A DNA stretch of 49,383 nucleotides, taken from positions 1 to 49,383 of the forward strand of contig JAPEUG010000096.1 of the NCBI GenBank assembly GCA_026025795.1. The letters are read 5' to 3'. The stretch is from Thelocarpon superellum. Lineage: Eukaryota. The notes beneath the pieces were generated by a model. That model ran no database searches and was not told where the DNA came from. It saw only the letters and a program-made list of their open reading frames with translations. Below are positions 10,001 through 21,900 of this stretch, one piece after another; positions within the stretch are counted from its first letter, which is position 1; every line of letters starts with the position of its first letter. The position numbers and the translations under genes are program-made.

Positions 10001-10180
10001 CCAAATCGGATCACCCAATTTCATGACCTAGCGCGCGGGTGCTGGTCCCAGCCGGGTCAAGGATGGCATGGAACGGAAACGGTAGGAAACAAGTCGCGAT
10101 GGCCCCAGAGGCCGACCGGAATGCAAGGCTGGGGCCGGGGGCATCGCTTTCCACTACGTACCTAAACGATTGTAGGACAT
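7004..10180 (-). CDS. chsC: Class I chitin synthase (ChsC-type); 4 exons: 10180-10162, 9886-7614, 7562-7071, 7018-7004
   Basis: GT2 chitin synthase motifs [44 protein letters not shown] and HDITWGTKG. The N-terminus MSYNRL-D..., [21 protein letters not shown] and the C-terminal RMFRGV match the A. nidulans ChsC type. All three introns are GT..AG with branch points and keep the frame. Confidence 0.95.
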
Positions 10181-12078
10181 CGTGGGTGGAGGGTGAGGAG
10201 GGTGAAGGAGAAGCCGAATCTGGAAAAGTTGGTCGCTCGTCCCTGGTCTGACGCCAAGAAGGAGACAGACGTTCACGAGTGGTGGAGTGCCGCTGTTCGC
10301 CCGTTGCTTCAGACGTTCGAGCCCCTGGAGCTTTTGAGCTGTTTCAGATCTGCGGAGGTTATCGGTCACCGTACGACGAAGGACAGTAGACAGTAGACTG
10401 GCACACTCCGAGTCGCACTCTCGCACTGGTAAGGCGTGGTAAGCGACGGGCGCCCGCGACCACGCTCGCCTGAGAAGGAAGTGGCTGAGCCGCCGCGAAT
10501 CTGGTCACGGTCCTTCCAGACTCGTCATCCACGCGGGGGGGAGCCACATTGGTTGCTTGTTCCAGGGCGCTTTGACTGGTGAATTCTCCAAGGGCACAGC
10601 AAAGCCACGACCACAGCGGTCTTTAAACAGCGCAAGCTCGGACTCTAGGTCAGTGTACAAGACGCGTGCGTAATCAGAGGGGGAAACGGTCTATTGATAG
10701 CAATCATGACAACCGAGTTCATCCGCTTCCAGCACTCCATCTCCAGCATGACTACGGTTACAGCATCGAGCAGCATACCTGACTGCGCCACATGGGTACT
10801 GGAGGTCGTCTGCTCCGTCTTAGTCAGACAATAATAATAACGACTCGAAGCTTTTCTCGACCGGGCCTCCTTTCACGTCACGTGACATTGCGAAGCAGTC
10901 ACCCCGTCCACGTACTGTGGAGGCTCCATACGGGAGCTTGAGGCTTCTAAGTAAGCCGCTTCATGTGACCCACAATAGCTGTATAGTAGAACGACAGATA
11001 ACTTCTGTAGAATTGAACACCCATCTCCAGTGGAATAACCGGGGTGCGTCAGTACCATCTAGCGCACCAAACTCCACGTGCTGTCATGAGCTATCGTACC
11101 ACAATGGCCATCGCCAGCTGGGCCAGGTAATGAGATCAGCTCACCCTTCGCCGTTATTTCGGCAGTCCAGGGACTGACAGTGGCAGTCCAAGACAGAGCC
11201 AGCGCGGTCGTCGGGAGCGGAGCGGCGCCAGATACCTCGGTATTCTTGGCAAAGGCTGGACCCGGTGACGAAGGGAGGAGCAGAACGGGTTGACCACGAT
11301 ATGTCGAGGCGCATACGGCGGCCGGGCAAGCTCGTGCGCAGGGTCCGTTCTTTTTTCCCTTGTCCCTGGCCTCGTGCAAGACTCGCACCAGACTTGTGCG
11401 ACCCCGGTGCGACTACTGCCAAGTTACTCGTCCTGCGTCGCTCAGCTGACTATCCAATTTCAGCTGGTCAGCCTTGTCCAGTTGCGAGCACATCGCCTCG
11501 GCAAAGGCTCAGCCTCATCACCTCGCGACCCTGTCGCTTCCCACCACTAACGACGGGCCTGGGGCGAGAGCAAAACTTTCGCCAAGAGCCCGTCCCGTCC
11601 CCGGCACCGCTCGGCTACCTGGCGACTGCGGTAGGACCCCCGGGCTAGAGCATGCTCGTAGCTATGGTAGGAGGCCTCCAATCGGGACTAACCAAAGCCG
11701 ACCGCCTGTGCTTGCAGGGTCGTGCCGACGGATATTTGAACCCTTTTTTGACACACCCTCACGTCCGTCTCCAATCGCGATTGTTTGCCAAGCGGCTGGG
11801 CCGGGCGAAGGTCAAGACCCCGATGGCTCCCGGCCCGCCCACCTCGACTGCCAAGCCGGGAAGGGGGGGAGGGGGCGGATGGCTTGCAGTGCAGCAGGTA
11901 TCGAAGCACTTGGACCACATGGAAATTGGCACTCGTCGTATATGAATGGGAGCCTCGCACGTCGGGACACGTAGAAGGCGTTCAACAGCTCCTCAGTTAA
12001 TTGAATCCATCTCGGGTGGTACGTCCTTATCTACAACTGATCTCGAGCCAAACGTGCCTAGCATCCACGCCCCTCACA

Positions 12079-12825
12079 ATGCGTTCCTCCGTTGTGGGAG
12101 CCGCCCTCCTCCTCCCGGCCATTGTCGCCGCATATGTCGATAGTCGTCGGCGTGGGTATTCGTACGCCATGCCCAATGCCCTGGACCCCTTTGGCCTGCA
12201 TGTGCGCGACGATTCATCCTGCCCCGAGTCGGGCGAGTCGGTCTGCCCTGACGGCAACGGCTGCTGTCCAACCGGCGTAGCCTGCATCTACGTCGGCAGC
12301 ACGCCCGCGTGCGACCTTCCGTGCGCCGGCGGCGCAGCGTGCGGCTCTGGCACCTGCTGCAACATCGGCGAGGCCTGCGACACCTCCAAGGATGAGTGCT
12401 ATCCGACCGATGGCGGGAGTGCGGGAGACCTGGGAGGGGCGGGCGCTGCCCCCACTTCTCCATCTCCCTCCAGCGACTCCTTCAGCTTTTCCAGTGACTC
12501 GATCACCGATGCCTCGTCTACCTCCACGGGCTCCCCGTCTAGCCCGCCCTCCTCTACCCCGACGCCCAGCACCGATTCTGATTCCAGCGGCTTTGCTGCT
12601 CCTAGCTCTGCCGCTCCGAGCTCTACTGCTCCCTCATCTTCCTCCGCGCCAACGGATACTGAGGTCCCAGTCTTCAGCTCTACCGTGCCAGCTTCAACCA
12701 CGTCATCGGCCAGTCCCACCACCAATAACGGTGGAGGTCCTCCAACCAAATTGAGCAGCGCGGGCAGCGTGTCGGTGCCGTTGGAGTTAGTCCTGGGTGC
12801 TATTGGCGTTGTCTTTTTGTGGTAG
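12079..12825 (+). CDS. Secreted Cys-rich, Ser/Thr/Pro-rich, probably GPI-anchored cell-surface protein, 248 aa
   Basis: Signal peptide MRSSVVGAALLLPAIVAA, a 12-Cys domain with two CC pairs, a long S/T/P stalk, and a C-terminal SSAG small-residue site followed by the hydrophobic tail VPLELVLGAIGVVFLW. Confidence 0.85.
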   Translation: MRSSVVGAALLLPAIVAAYVDSRRRGYSYAMPNALDPFGLHVRDDSSCPESGESVCPDGNGCCPTGVACIYVGSTPACDLPCAGGAACGSGTCCNIGEACDTSKDECYPTDGGSAGDLGGAGAAPTSPSPSSDSFSFSSDSITDASSTSTGSPSSPPSSTPTPSTDSDSSGFAAPSSAAPSSTAPSSSSAPTDTEVPVFSSTVPASTTSSASPTTNNGGGPPTKLSSAGSVSVPLELVLGAIGVVFLW

Positions 12826-13540
12826 TCGTGGCGCGTCAGAATGATGTGCCCCTGGACATGGATGGAGCTGCACGCGTGTCAATGCGCCGTCGACCGCAGC
12901 AACGAGTCAAGGGATTGATTAGCATTTGGTAATACGTGATGACGGCCGAACATCGCAATAAAAGGGGACGGATTGCGTGTCGGATATTCACTCTGAGCAC
13001 CTTCTGATCTTAGCTGTACCCAATTTGACTTGCGAGCTTTGCGAGCTTTGCGGCTCTCGAGAATGCTTGGTCACTCACGACTTGAATCATCCAATTTCCA
13101 AGACGTCGGTGACACTGAGCAGACCAAGGCTCGTCGTATGATAGATGGAGTGGAAGCTCATCGAGGAAACAGTTGTTGCGATGGTGGGAGGAGCTATGTC
13201 TGGATGACTAAGCAGTGGAGCGAGGAGCGAGAGCGAGAATCTGGTGAGTGAGGTTGATGACGAGTTATAAACTTGAGCAGCCTCTATACCGAGATCTCAA
13301 GGTCTCAAAACGTCAAGTCCTTCTTTTTGTTTGCTCTGGCAACAACATGCGGCATTCGGTGCAGAGTAAGCTGGCGAGGACCAGCCCGGTTTAAACTGGT
13401 CTCCCACAAGGGAAGGGGGCAGCACCACCCCTGTTCTTCCTTCTCTCCTTCATTTCCACCTGCACACAGACTCGGCCCCCGACCCGCGCCGTGTTTACCC
13501 ATGCATGTAGCAGTGGGGCTGGTATCGACCATCTGAAACC

Positions 13541-14211
13541 ATGGCCTCGAGTGAACCCCCCACCTCGCAGCCCATTACGAGATCGGCGCTATTTGTCTGT
13601 CTCGGAAACATCTGTAGGAGCTCCCCTCCACCCTTCTTCCCCCCAACCAAATTGGGAGCAAATATTGATGCCAAACACCAGGCCGCTCACCCATGGCTGA
13701 GGGCGTGTTCCGGCATCTGAGCGCTCGAGCGCCCCCCCCGGCTGGTGTTCTGGGGACCAAGCTTCCTGTACGATGGGACATCGACTCGTGCGGCACGGGG
13801 GCGTATCACACAGGCGACCCGCCGGATACACGCACCATGTCCACGCTGGAAGACCACGGCATCGACGAGTACGTGCATGCGGCGCGCAAGGTGCAGAAGG
13901 TGGATTTTCGCCGCTTCGATTACATCCTCGCTATGGATAGAGCTAACTTGGCCTATTTGCTGGCCATGCGCCGGAAGCTGGAGAGGGAGGCGGGAGGGGG
14001 AAAGGGGGAGGGAAAGGAGGCTGGGGAGGGAGCGCCAAAGTCACTCGCTCGCGTGATGCTCTTTGGTGATTTCGGGGGTAATTTGGGCGAAGAAGTCGAT
14101 GATCCCTACTATGGTGCCAGGGATGGCTTTGAGCTGGCCTATCACCAGATGGTCCGTTTCTCGCAAGGCTTCCTGGATCATGTTGCGAGGAATGACACGG
14201 CCAAGCCGTAA
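13541..14211 (+). CDS. LTP1: Low-molecular-weight phosphotyrosine protein phosphatase; exons 13541-13613, 13682-14211
   Basis: Splicing rebuilds the P-loop LFVCLGNI-C-RSPMAE. Also IDSCGTGAYH, FDYILAMD and the catalytic DPYYG motif. Confidence 0.95.
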
Positions 14212-14278
14212 TCCTGCTTCCCTTCGCATGATCCTCATCCTGACGTGTCCCTTCTATACTAAGACAATCGTAGATTCT

Positions 14279-15634
14279 TCATGACAGTAGACCCTGCCGT
14301 TCCAGCTCGTCGCTCCGCCGGCTCATCCATTGCGGCCACCGCGGAAGGCCCCAGGATCGATCAGAGAGGGTGAAGCTCCAATGGCAGCACATCCCGGCGA
14401 TGAAGCCGACGGCATCGTTTCGGAATGCCAGCAGCCCGGCGACGGTCATCAGCATCACAGACCAGCGCCGACTCCTCTCCTCTGCGTCCGGGACTCGGCT
14501 GCGCTTGGCACTGTCATGTCGCTGCGGGTCATCCTCAGCCCCTGACCCCGCTTCCCATAGATCCCTGGCACCTTGGTTCAGCGACTCGCCCACACGTGCC
14601 AGCTCCAGGCCTGCCGCAAGCACCATGATGCCGAGGAGGGCCTCGGGGAACCTCTGGAACAGTCCAACCAGGCTGTCGCCTAGCACTAGGCCAAGGACCA
14701 ACTTGAAGAGCCCCAGGATGATGACGCTACTTCCACTCCGGGCCCCAAAGCGAAATTGGGCCGCGAGACCGCCGCTACCATGACACACGGGCATTGCACC
14801 AAACCAACAGCCACTCAGATTCATCGCCGCCACGCTGAACCCGAGGGCCGTCGTTGTCGGAGCCGGCAGGTCCGGTAGGAGATCGGACGACAGATGTGAG
14901 ACGGCAATGATGGAATTCAACGTCGTCAGCGGCACCTGACCTAGACCTGCGTAGATGGTGCCATGGCGGAAATCTTTCGGTGAAGGCAATATGGTCGTAG
15001 GATGCCAACGCTCGAAGTGAGGAAAGTGTAGGTGGGAGGAAGAGAGGCGGGCGAACGCGAAGCTGATTCCCAGCACGAAGATGAACAGTGCATAGGGGAA
15101 GCGAGGCAAGCGGGCGGTAAGTAGCAGTAAGGCCGCGGCAAACAAGGCCCACAGCAGATTATCTGACCAGCTGGGCTCCGTCCACCCCAGCGGCTGCAGG
15201 AGACTGGTGCCGGCCGACAGAATCAACGACAGCCCGGCGCCGATTTGGATGCCCTTCACCACCGGAACTGGGATGACCCGAGTGAACCAGCGCAGTAGAC
15301 CCGTCAGGCTAAAGAGAAAAACCACACCGGCCACGAAAAGACCCGCGGACGCCGTCTCGGCCCGGCTCAACGACCGTGACAGGGCGACCGCGGCAATCGC
15401 CTTCATTGGCTGGACCGGCAGCGGGATGCCGAAGACGAGGCCCGTCACGACATTGGCCAGGCCGCCGAAGACCAAGGTCGAGGAGAGGGAGATGGAGGAG
15501 GTGCGGGTCAAGGCAATAATCAAGGGGAGCAGCGTGCCCAAATCACCTAGCGCGCCCGAGATCTCGGCGAGGGGCGCAGCGCGCAAGGTGCGCCAGTTGT
15601 GTGCCTGCCATGAGCGGAGCGTAGGTCTTGCCAT
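14279..15634 (-). CDS. Molybdate transporter, MOT1 family, 451 aa
   Basis: Signature motifs EISGALGDLGTLLP, FGIPLPVQPMKAIAAVA and FGAMPVCHGSGGLAAQFRFGARSG, with multiple TM helices. Confidence 0.92.
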   Translation of the reverse strand: MARPTLRSWQAHNWRTLRAAPLAEISGALGDLGTLLPLIIALTRTSSISLSSTLVFGGLANVVTGLVFGIPLPVQPMKAIAAVALSRSLSRAETASAGLFVAGVVFLFSLTGLLRWFTRVIPVPVVKGIQIGAGLSLILSAGTSLLQPLGWTEPSWSDNLLWALFAAALLLLTARLPRFPYALFIFVLGISFAFARLSSSHLHFPHFERWHPTTILPSPKDFRHGTIYAGLGQVPLTTLNSIIAVSHLSSDLLPDLPAPTTTALGFSVAAMNLSGCWFGAMPVCHGSGGLAAQFRFGARSGSSVIILGLFKLVLGLVLGDSLVGLFQRFPEALLGIMVLAAGLELARVGESLNQGARDLWEAGSGAEDDPQRHDSAKRSRVPDAEERSRRWSVMLMTVAGLLAFRNDAVGFIAGMCCHWSFTLSDRSWGLPRWPQWMSRRSDELERQGLLS

Positions 15635-15968
15635 CGTGGTGCACGTCCATACGCTTGCGTTTGCCCTCGGACAATTTCCGCTTCTTGGAATTCCAGGAGG
15701 TTCCCGAGATGAGTCACCTCGAACTGCTACTAGCAGACATCAAGACACGGTTAGTAGAGCACTTCTCACATGGTCACGACTGGTCTGAAGACCAAGTAAC
15801 GTTAGTCGCCCGTAGAGCTGCCGGTCAGCTCGGATCACGGCCCGTTCCTGCGCTAACCCAGTCGGTCCAATCCACGGGACGCGCTCCAGGTCGAGATGGG
15901 TGGAGTTGGGCGCCCTGGTAATCCCACAAGCCACGGTGAAGAATCAATCTGAGCATCGTCCATCGAAT

Positions 15969-16564
15969 ATGGATCCGGATAAACCCCTTCCGGTAGCGAG
16001 CGTGCCCCCAGTGCGGTACATTCTCGGATTTCTGATGGTGGGATTGGCCTGGGGGTTTACGACGCCATTCATCCGACGCGCGGCCATCAGCCATCACCCC
16101 CCACCGCACCCTATCCTCGACTCTTCCGACCTGAGCTGGACCGCTAAGAAGATCGCCAGCGTCTGGTTCAAGGTGACGGATCTCCTGCGGAATCCGCGCT
16201 ATGCCGTCCCCCTCTTGATCAACCTCACTGGGAGCGTATGGTTCTTCTTACTGATCGGCCAAGCTGGTTCGTCATGGCCGGTTCTTTGCTCCAGAAAAAG
16301 AGCGGCATCTGCATGGTGGTAGACGACACCGCTGACCTTCTCTGATCCAGAGCTGAGCCTGACGGTGCCTATCACCAACTCCTTGGCCTTCCTCTGCACC
16401 GTCCTCGGAGAGTGGTGCGCGGAGCGGAAGGTCATTGGGCGGGGTAGGCACCCTCGCCTGACGCCGTGATTTACTTGCGCTGACAATGTTTTGGGTCAGA
16501 AACCTGGGTCGGAATGGCATTTGTCCTTGCCGGCATTGCCTTGTGCGTCCAATCGAAGAGCTAG
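15969..16564 (+). CDS. TMEM234: TMEM234-family small membrane protein; exons 15969-16266, 16351-16443, 16500-16564
   Basis: LMVGLAWGFTTPFIRRA, YAVPLLINLTGSVWFFLLIGQA-ELSLTVPITNSLAFLCTVLGEW and ETWVGMAFVLAGIALCVQSKS. Two GT-AG introns with CTGAC branch points. Confidence 0.9.
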
Positions 16565-16751
16565 GCTACAACAACGACTTGTGTTGGAGATCTGGTCGAT
16601 ACCCGACGAAAGCTGTCGGGCAACGGGGCGTTTGTGTGAGGATTGGTTGGAGTTTCTTATATACAGCGGAGGCGTCGATCTATTCTTTGAAGTCCCGCTA
16701 GCTCGCGAGAGTACCTGGAAATAAGACGAGCAGTGAATATGGCCAATCCGT

Positions 16752-17817
16752 CTACCACGAGTAATAGGGTCGCTGTGCAGTGATAGGCCGATTGGGCAGC
16801 GGGAGCCACAGCTTGCGGTTTCTTCGCTTCTCCTCGCGCTCCTCGTGGTGTCGGATGCGCGTGGCTTCCTCCTTCAGGAGCACCGTGATACCTAGGTATG
16901 GCATTAGCAACCAACCCGCCACGTTTGGGGCAGATGGTGGGCCACGTACTGGTCGTTGGTGGTCGTAAGATATTGATCTTGCCCCTCGCCCGATGCTCGG
17001 GCTCTTTCCCAAACGTCCCTCGTCCGACCCAAGCCTGGTCGATGTAGAGCTCGGTGCGGTCTCGCACCATCTTCTTCCGGCCCTCTTTGGTCACGATAGG
17101 AACGGGGCTACCGGTGACGCCCGTGGTGCCGCCCAAGGACATGCCCCGCCGCACGATAGCCTCGTCGCGGGCATGTTCCAGGTGTTTCTTAACCTCCTTG
17201 GCCGCCTTCTTCTTGGAAAAGCGCATCTGCAGCAGCGCATCGTCCACCGACTTGCCCGCGATCTGCCTCGCGATCGGTGCCAGCTTCTTGACGGACGTCT
17301 TGAGGAAGTGACTCTTGGAAAGACTTTCACGTTCCGTGCGTTTGATCATGGCGGTGCGACTGAGCCGGCCGCGCTTTCGAATATCCCGGATCACCATCTT
17401 CCGCTCCCACCGTCGTCGGACGAGGGGTTGTGGGTCGAGCACGGCGGCCATGACGGTCGGGTCGCGTGGCGGAGCATCGTCATTCGCCGGCCCCGGTGCT
17501 CCGGCCGGCTTACGAGCGGCATCTTCCGATTCGAAGATGGAGCTGCTGGCAAGGTCCCCACGAACAAGACGCGGTGGTGGGGGCTTCTTCTTTAGAAAGT
17601 CGTCATACACCGGATTATCGGCCGCCGGAGTGCCGGAACCCTTTCGCCGACCGAAGCCAAAGAGTGACCGACGGGGAACAGACTGTCGTGCACAGGAGAT
17701 GGCACGATGGGTTAAGACTGGGGGGATCGAGTTAGCCCGAGGGAACTGGGAGCGCGGGCAAGGTCCGCTTAACTGACCGACTCTGATCGGCCATCGTGAG
17801 ATGCTTGCATGATTCAT
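16752..17817 (-). CDS. MRPL22: Mitochondrial large-subunit ribosomal protein uL22m; exons 17817-16950, 16891-16752
   Basis: Arg-rich presequence, then L22 motifs KTSVKKLAPIARQIAGKSVDDALLQMRFSKKK and YIDQAWVGRG...RARGKINILRPPTT-S-ITVLLKEE. 58-nt intron GTACGT..GCTAAT..TAG. Confidence 0.93.
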
Positions 17818-18937
17818 GATGGACCTTGTACGGTCATAATTGGCCGTGGGTGGGTGTCCACAGTGTCATCGCAGCGACGGGAAAAATAATGATGGCCGTC
17901 GCGTAGAAGCAATAGAAGCAACTCGTTACGAGTATGTTAGGTCAAGCGACGGGTCGCGCTGAGAGAATGACAGCCAGCGTGCCAGCCACAACTAACGGAC
18001 TAACTACGTTATGGTCTCTGGTAGGGCTGTTTCGAGACGCGGTTGGATTCGCGTCCTACAAGAGAGCCTCCAATCACCAACTGTCTTTTGTATCTGAGCT
18101 GGGTACGAACTGTTGAACGAGCCTACTCCTTCCATTGAGATGCAATTCCCACCTGCTCCTTTGTCGAGCATGAATGTTTGAGGACCTGTACGGGTTAGTT
18201 TCGTGTGCTGAGGTCATCATGCTGAAGGACTAGTCTCATCACGTGCGATGACTAGTGTTCCAGCTGCAAGGCGGAGAAGAATGAATCAAGGTTATTGGAG
18301 GAAAGGGCCTCCTCAGCTGCCGTCTGCATGGTAGAGGGTCGTATCTTTTTGCCGTGCCTGATACCAGCGATCCGCAAGCGTAGATCCAACAAAGCCAACT
18401 CGGTTCCGCGGAGCGCTTGATGAGAATGTCTGGAGCTGGGAAGCTCTCGGATTGTAGCGGGCTGTACTCCTTCCCGGCCGTGGTGGCCGTCGCTCGTAGT
18501 CGCGCAGTAGGGCTGTCCAATCAGTATCGTCCGTTGGCCATCGCTCATCGGGCATTGTCAACGCAACCTTTCATTCCCAACCGAGCTCCTCACGGCTCTG
18601 ACAGGCCTGGGGTCTGAGCTTGAGGTGATGCCGCTGCTCCTCCTAACAAGGCGAAAGCACGTCTTCACCGTTGTCTGCTGTCCGTTGTCTGCTCTCTGCT
18701 GTGCGTCGTCGGCCGTGGCACCTATCCTGCCATGCTCTTGACACTGCTCTGACATCGGCGTGGGGCATTCACCTCGATCGGCGCACCTCGACGCAGACTC
18801 TTTTCCCTTCCTCCGCCAAGCTCCTTCCGTTCAACCCTAACTGCAGTCGCTACGGTAGATCGGAATCTTCCCTCACTTGCCGCGAGAACACAGTGCACCC
18901 CCTTCCATGTCCACCAGCGAGCAAACCCCATCTCAGC

Positions 18938-21900
18938 ATGGATATCAATTCGCTCCTCTCCCCCCAGACCTCGTCCGCAGGAGACCGTGCGCCAGGCCGA
19001 GGGGGTAGCCGCCCAGTCCGGAAATCAGCCGGACCATCCAGCACAGCAAAAGCGTCGGCGTCGCCTCGTCTTGCGTCTGCCCCCTCCGCACCCTCGTCCT
19101 CCGCTCCCCAGGGCCACCTCAGTGCGGCACCGCGCACCGGTCCCTCGCCGCCCCTTCCGAATGCCGGCGATGGCCGATCACATAGCATTAAGAGCACGCC
19201 CCCCACCGATGGCCGCGCCGGTAGTGGTCGTCAGCCATCGACGCCGGGCATGGACACTTTGGCCGATCTGGCCACCATGCAGCACCATCAGCAAGCTGCC
19301 CGACTCCACGCCAACGGCCTACGCAATAACGATGTCTACGACGCGCACCAGCATGTCACTCCTCCCGCCCATCCACTCCCTCAGACCCGCCCTCGCACAC
19401 ATAGCACGCCTCGTTCGTCCGTGGAGTTAGCCATGTCCGATGCTGGCCACCAGACCCCCCCGCCGCGCTCCTACGCCTCCACCGCCTTCGATCCTCGTGA
19501 TGTGGAGCAACTGAAAGAGCTGGATGCCCACCTGGCCCAGGATCCTTTTGCCTTTTCCTCACATCTCGACCTTATTGCGCTGCTGCGCCGCTACTTTCTG
19601 CGGATGACGCAGGGTGACCTATCCCTGCCCAACCCGCAGGCCGACGAGCTGCTGCATGACCTCCGCCAGGTCCGAGAAGCTATGGATGCGCGCTTCCCGC
19701 TAGGAGAGAGCCGTTGGATCGATTGGATCACGGACGAGGGCATGGCCGTGACGTCTATCGATGATCGCGTCGCCGTCATGGAGCTGTGTCAACGCGCGGT
19801 TGAGGAAGAAGTGGCCAGTCCAACGCTGTGGGCTCTCTCGGGAGAATTCGTCCTGGGTCTGTATTGTGCCTCGCATCCAGATACACCCGCCAGCCTGCGT
19901 CCGGACGACCGGTGGGCCAAGGCCACGGGATGGACGGACGAAGAGAGGACGCTAGGAAGAGAGATCTTCGGTTGGGAGACTGTCATCGATCTCTTCTCAC
20001 GTGCGGCGCATGCTACCGCGTGGCACATCGCCGATAGCCATCTTGTGTGGGACCGGTATTTGGCCCTCTTGACCCATGATCTGACACAGGACCGCTCCCA
20101 ACCCAAGATCCTGCTGCTGAGGCGTCTGTTCTTCGAGCGTCTGCAAACGCCCCATGCCACCTGGGACACCACGTTTCAATCATTTTCCACCTTCATCACC
20201 ACCTGGGACAATGCAGCCTACGAGTCAACAATGGTCGACGCCAACACCAGCGCCGCCGAGGTCAAGGCCCTCTACGCGGCGCGAGAGGGCCTGGAGGCGA
20301 GACTGCAGGCCGCCAAAGCTGACTCTCCCGACGCCGCATCGCCAACCGAGTTTGGCCTCTGGTTGGAGTATCTGGATTGGGAGGTGTCGCAGCTGTCCAA
20401 GAAGAAGGGAGGCAGCCGGGCGCTCTGCAACGCCCTATACGAACGGGCCACGTTGCGCCTGGAGACAAATGCGAGACTCTGGGAGGACTACGTCTTTTTT
20501 GCCGTGGACCAAGCCGGCGTCGAATCCAATGCCGCCCCCATTCTTCCCATCCTGCAGCGCGCCACCCGCCATTGCCCATGGTCGGGCACGCTGTGGTCAC
20601 AGTACCTCCTCACCTTGGAACGTGAGCAGCAACCATTCCACGAGATCGAGGAGGTCAAGCATCGCGCCACCAGTACCGGGCTGATGGATATTGGCGGGAT
20701 GGAAGAGGTGCTCAAGGTGTATAGCGCGTGGTGTGGCTATCTGAATCGACGTGCCTTTGATGCCGGCGCGACGGATGAGGAGGCCGATGTGGCCGAAGTT
20801 GGCATTCGCTCGGCGCTGGAGAGCGTCAAGGAGCTGGGGGAGAAGAAATACGGCGCGGCATACCACGGCGATCCGACCTACCGACTCGAGCGCATCTACA
20901 TTGAATACCTCTCACACAGTGGCGGGTGGGCTCGCGCCCGGCAAGAAGTTTGGCGTGCACTGATTCCCTCGCGAGGCGACAGCTATGAGTTCTGGCTGCA
21001 GTGGTTCCAGTGGGAGATGGTCTATTGGAACCGGATGTCGGCCGTTGCGCGGACCAACGGCGCCACATCGAGCAAGCGCGCACCGACTCCGTCCGAGGCG
21101 ACGGCGGTGCTGCGCCAGGCCCTCAGGCGGAAGAGTCTAGACTGGCCGGAGAAGATCATCCAAATCTACCTGGCACATGTGGAGGACCATGAGCATGTGG
21201 AGGAGATCCAACGTGCCGTCATCCACGCGCGACGAATCAGCATGGGGGTGGCCAAGCGACGAGAGCGCGAGGCCATCGTAGCCGCCGAGGCAGCGGCGGC
21301 GCAGCAACTACCACCTGCAGCAGAAGCCCAGGAGGCCTCTTCCGGGATCGTGGGAGGCGAGAGTCCGAGCGGGACGAAACGAAAGCGGGAAGTCGACGCC
21401 GATGCTGAGGACGTCAACACCACGAAGAAAGCCCGCGGTCAGGACGAGACACCGCCGGCATCGGTCGGTTCTGGAGCAATTTCGGAGGCATCCGCACGGA
21501 AACGAGATCGAGAGAACGCTACGATCATCGTACGCAATCTCCCTCGCGACGTGCCCAAGGTCAAAGTGCGGCAATTCTTCCGCGATGTAAGTTCCCTGGC
21601 TCCACGGGTCGACTCAAACTGACAAGTCAGTGTGGCACGATCAACAGTCTGAACCTCACCCCCGAGGACGGTGGGGAGTCGACGACGGCGTGGATTGAAT
21701 TTGAGTCGAAAGACGATGTGGCCACGGCCCAGACCCGAGCCTTGCAGCCTTTCGAAGAACGGCCGATCGAGATTCAACCAGGGACGGGGTCGACCTTGTT
21801 TGTTACCAACTTTCCTCCTACCGCCGATGAATCCTACATTCGGAATCTCTTCAAAGATGTGCGTCTGGAACTTTGCAAATGTTTCATTTGAGGAGACCCC

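Noticed and set aside
13541..15634. LMW-PTP (ArsC-like fold) plus molybdate transporter, with ArsA-like GET3, as an oxyanion or arsenic cluster
   Set aside because: The phosphatase has the canonical CLGNICRS and DPYY motifs of tyrosine phosphatases. GET3 is a housekeeping gene about 24 kb away.
18671..18937. N-terminal extensions from non-ATG starts in the ORF track (PRP24, UTP15, DUF3253, GPI protein, INN1)
   Set aside because: They begin at TTG, GTG or similar codons in leader sequence. The downstream ATGs give the expected N-termini.
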